Shown here: positions 31,315 through 32,000 of the stretch, piece by piece
Layout: every line of letters starts with the position of its first letter
How positions within the stretch are numbered: the first letter of the stretch is position 1
Assembly: GCF_900187275.1 (NCBI RefSeq)
Contig: NZ_LT906458.1
Span: 1,530,001-1,562,000 of the forward strand
Direction of reading: 5' to 3'
Length of the DNA: 32,000 nt
Source of the DNA: Pasteurella multocida
Lineage (GTDB): Bacteria; Pseudomonadota; Gammaproteobacteria; Enterobacterales; Pasteurellaceae
The notes under the pieces: generated by a model
What the model was told of the DNA's origin: nothing
The model's input: the letters and a program-made list of their open reading frames with translations, nothing else
Databases searched by the model: none
Made by a program: the position numbers and the translations under genes

Positions 31315-32000
31315 CTAAATAAGCCCCCATTTTTTTAATTTTTCAGGTAAATAATCAAAACCAATCGCAGGGAAATCTAAAATAGATTGAGGTAGATTAC
31401 GTTGTACTAATCGGGATTTTAAATCCACTAAACTGCCAGCTAACCGGCGTAACTCTTGCATTAATAACGTTGGTTCAACTAAATCAGCTAATACTTCTGC
31501 GATGCGCTCAAAGTGATACTCGCCAGCAAATTCCTGTGGATACTCCCCTTTAGTTTGCCAAGTAGTCGTACGAATAATGCCTTCTGGATCAGCACGCATC
31601 GGCGCAAAATCATAAATTGGGGCGAGCCAAATACGTTGTTCATCACGTAAAAACGCCATATTACGACCATGATTGTCGCTATTGCCAAAGGCAATATTTA
31701 ACAAATCTCGCTTTACCCATTCAATCACGAAGTCTGTTTGTGCAAACTGCAAACGAGCCGTCGAGATTCTCTCAATTAACTGGCGAAGTGTCGTTTCATG
31801 ATCAAGTACACCACCTTGTTTCTGTAATAGCGAATACACTGATTCAAAAGCAAGACGATGTGTTTTTCCTTCTCGTTGCACAATATCAAAACGAGGCAAC
31901 CATAGGGAAGGATAACGTTTTCCTTCTTCTAACCTCATTCTAGTCGTATCTATTGTGTCAAAACCCAGTTGAGCAAGTTCCTGATAATAATGATATTCTG
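31315..32000 (-). CDS. HipA-family kinase toxin (N-terminus beyond the right edge)
   Basis: HipA_C motifs LPRFD, LNIAFGNSDNHGRNMAFL and APIYDFAPM. The frame stays open upstream of the track's ATG (31938): EYHYYQELAQLGFDTIDTTRMRLEEGKRYPSLWLPRFD. Confidence 0.88.
   Translation of the reverse strand, partial: EYHYYQELAQLGFDTIDTTRMRLEEGKRYPSLWLPRFDIVQREGKTHRLAFESVYSLLQKQGGVLDHETTLRQLIERISTARLQFAQTDFVIEWVKRDLLNIAFGNSDNHGRNMAFLRDEQRIWLAPIYDFAPMRADPEGIIRTTTWQTKGEYPQEFAGEYHFERIAEVLADLVEPTLLMQELRRLAGSLVDLKSRLVQRNLPQSILDFPAIGFDYLPEKLKKWGLI

Overview
This window looks like an ordinary stretch of a Pasteurellaceae-type chromosome. It has Hin-type uptake signal sequences (AAGTGCGGT) scattered through it and housekeeping genes on both strands. 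In order: pgk (partial, -), RNase T2 (-), yfhL-type ferredoxin (+), a yfiF-like TrmH/SpoU rRNA methyltransferase broken by an apparent 1-nt frameshift (-), pssA (+), an lldP-lutABC lactate utilisation cluster (-), purB and hflD (-), a sucrose cluster scrK-scrB-scrR / scrA (+) with three copies of a perfect 18-bp ScrR-type operator, a PCu(A)C-like protein, waaF and waaC (+), a CRISPR array with type I-F-like repeats (18 repeats of 28 bp, 17 spacers of 32 bp, exact 60-bp period), srmB (-), trmN6 (+), pnuC (-), rapA, rluA, yihI, a DUF2489 protein, hemN and a nitroreductase (+), and a toxin-first hipA/hipB-like pair (-) running off the right edge. I found no clearly new biological system. The best leads are: (1) the CRISPR array, which has no cas genes in the window, an ageing end near waaC, and a putative leader with a perfect IHF consensus site; (2) an 11-nt inverted repeat flanking the array; (3) the yfiF frameshift; (4) the hipA/hipB pair; (5) the scr operator layout.
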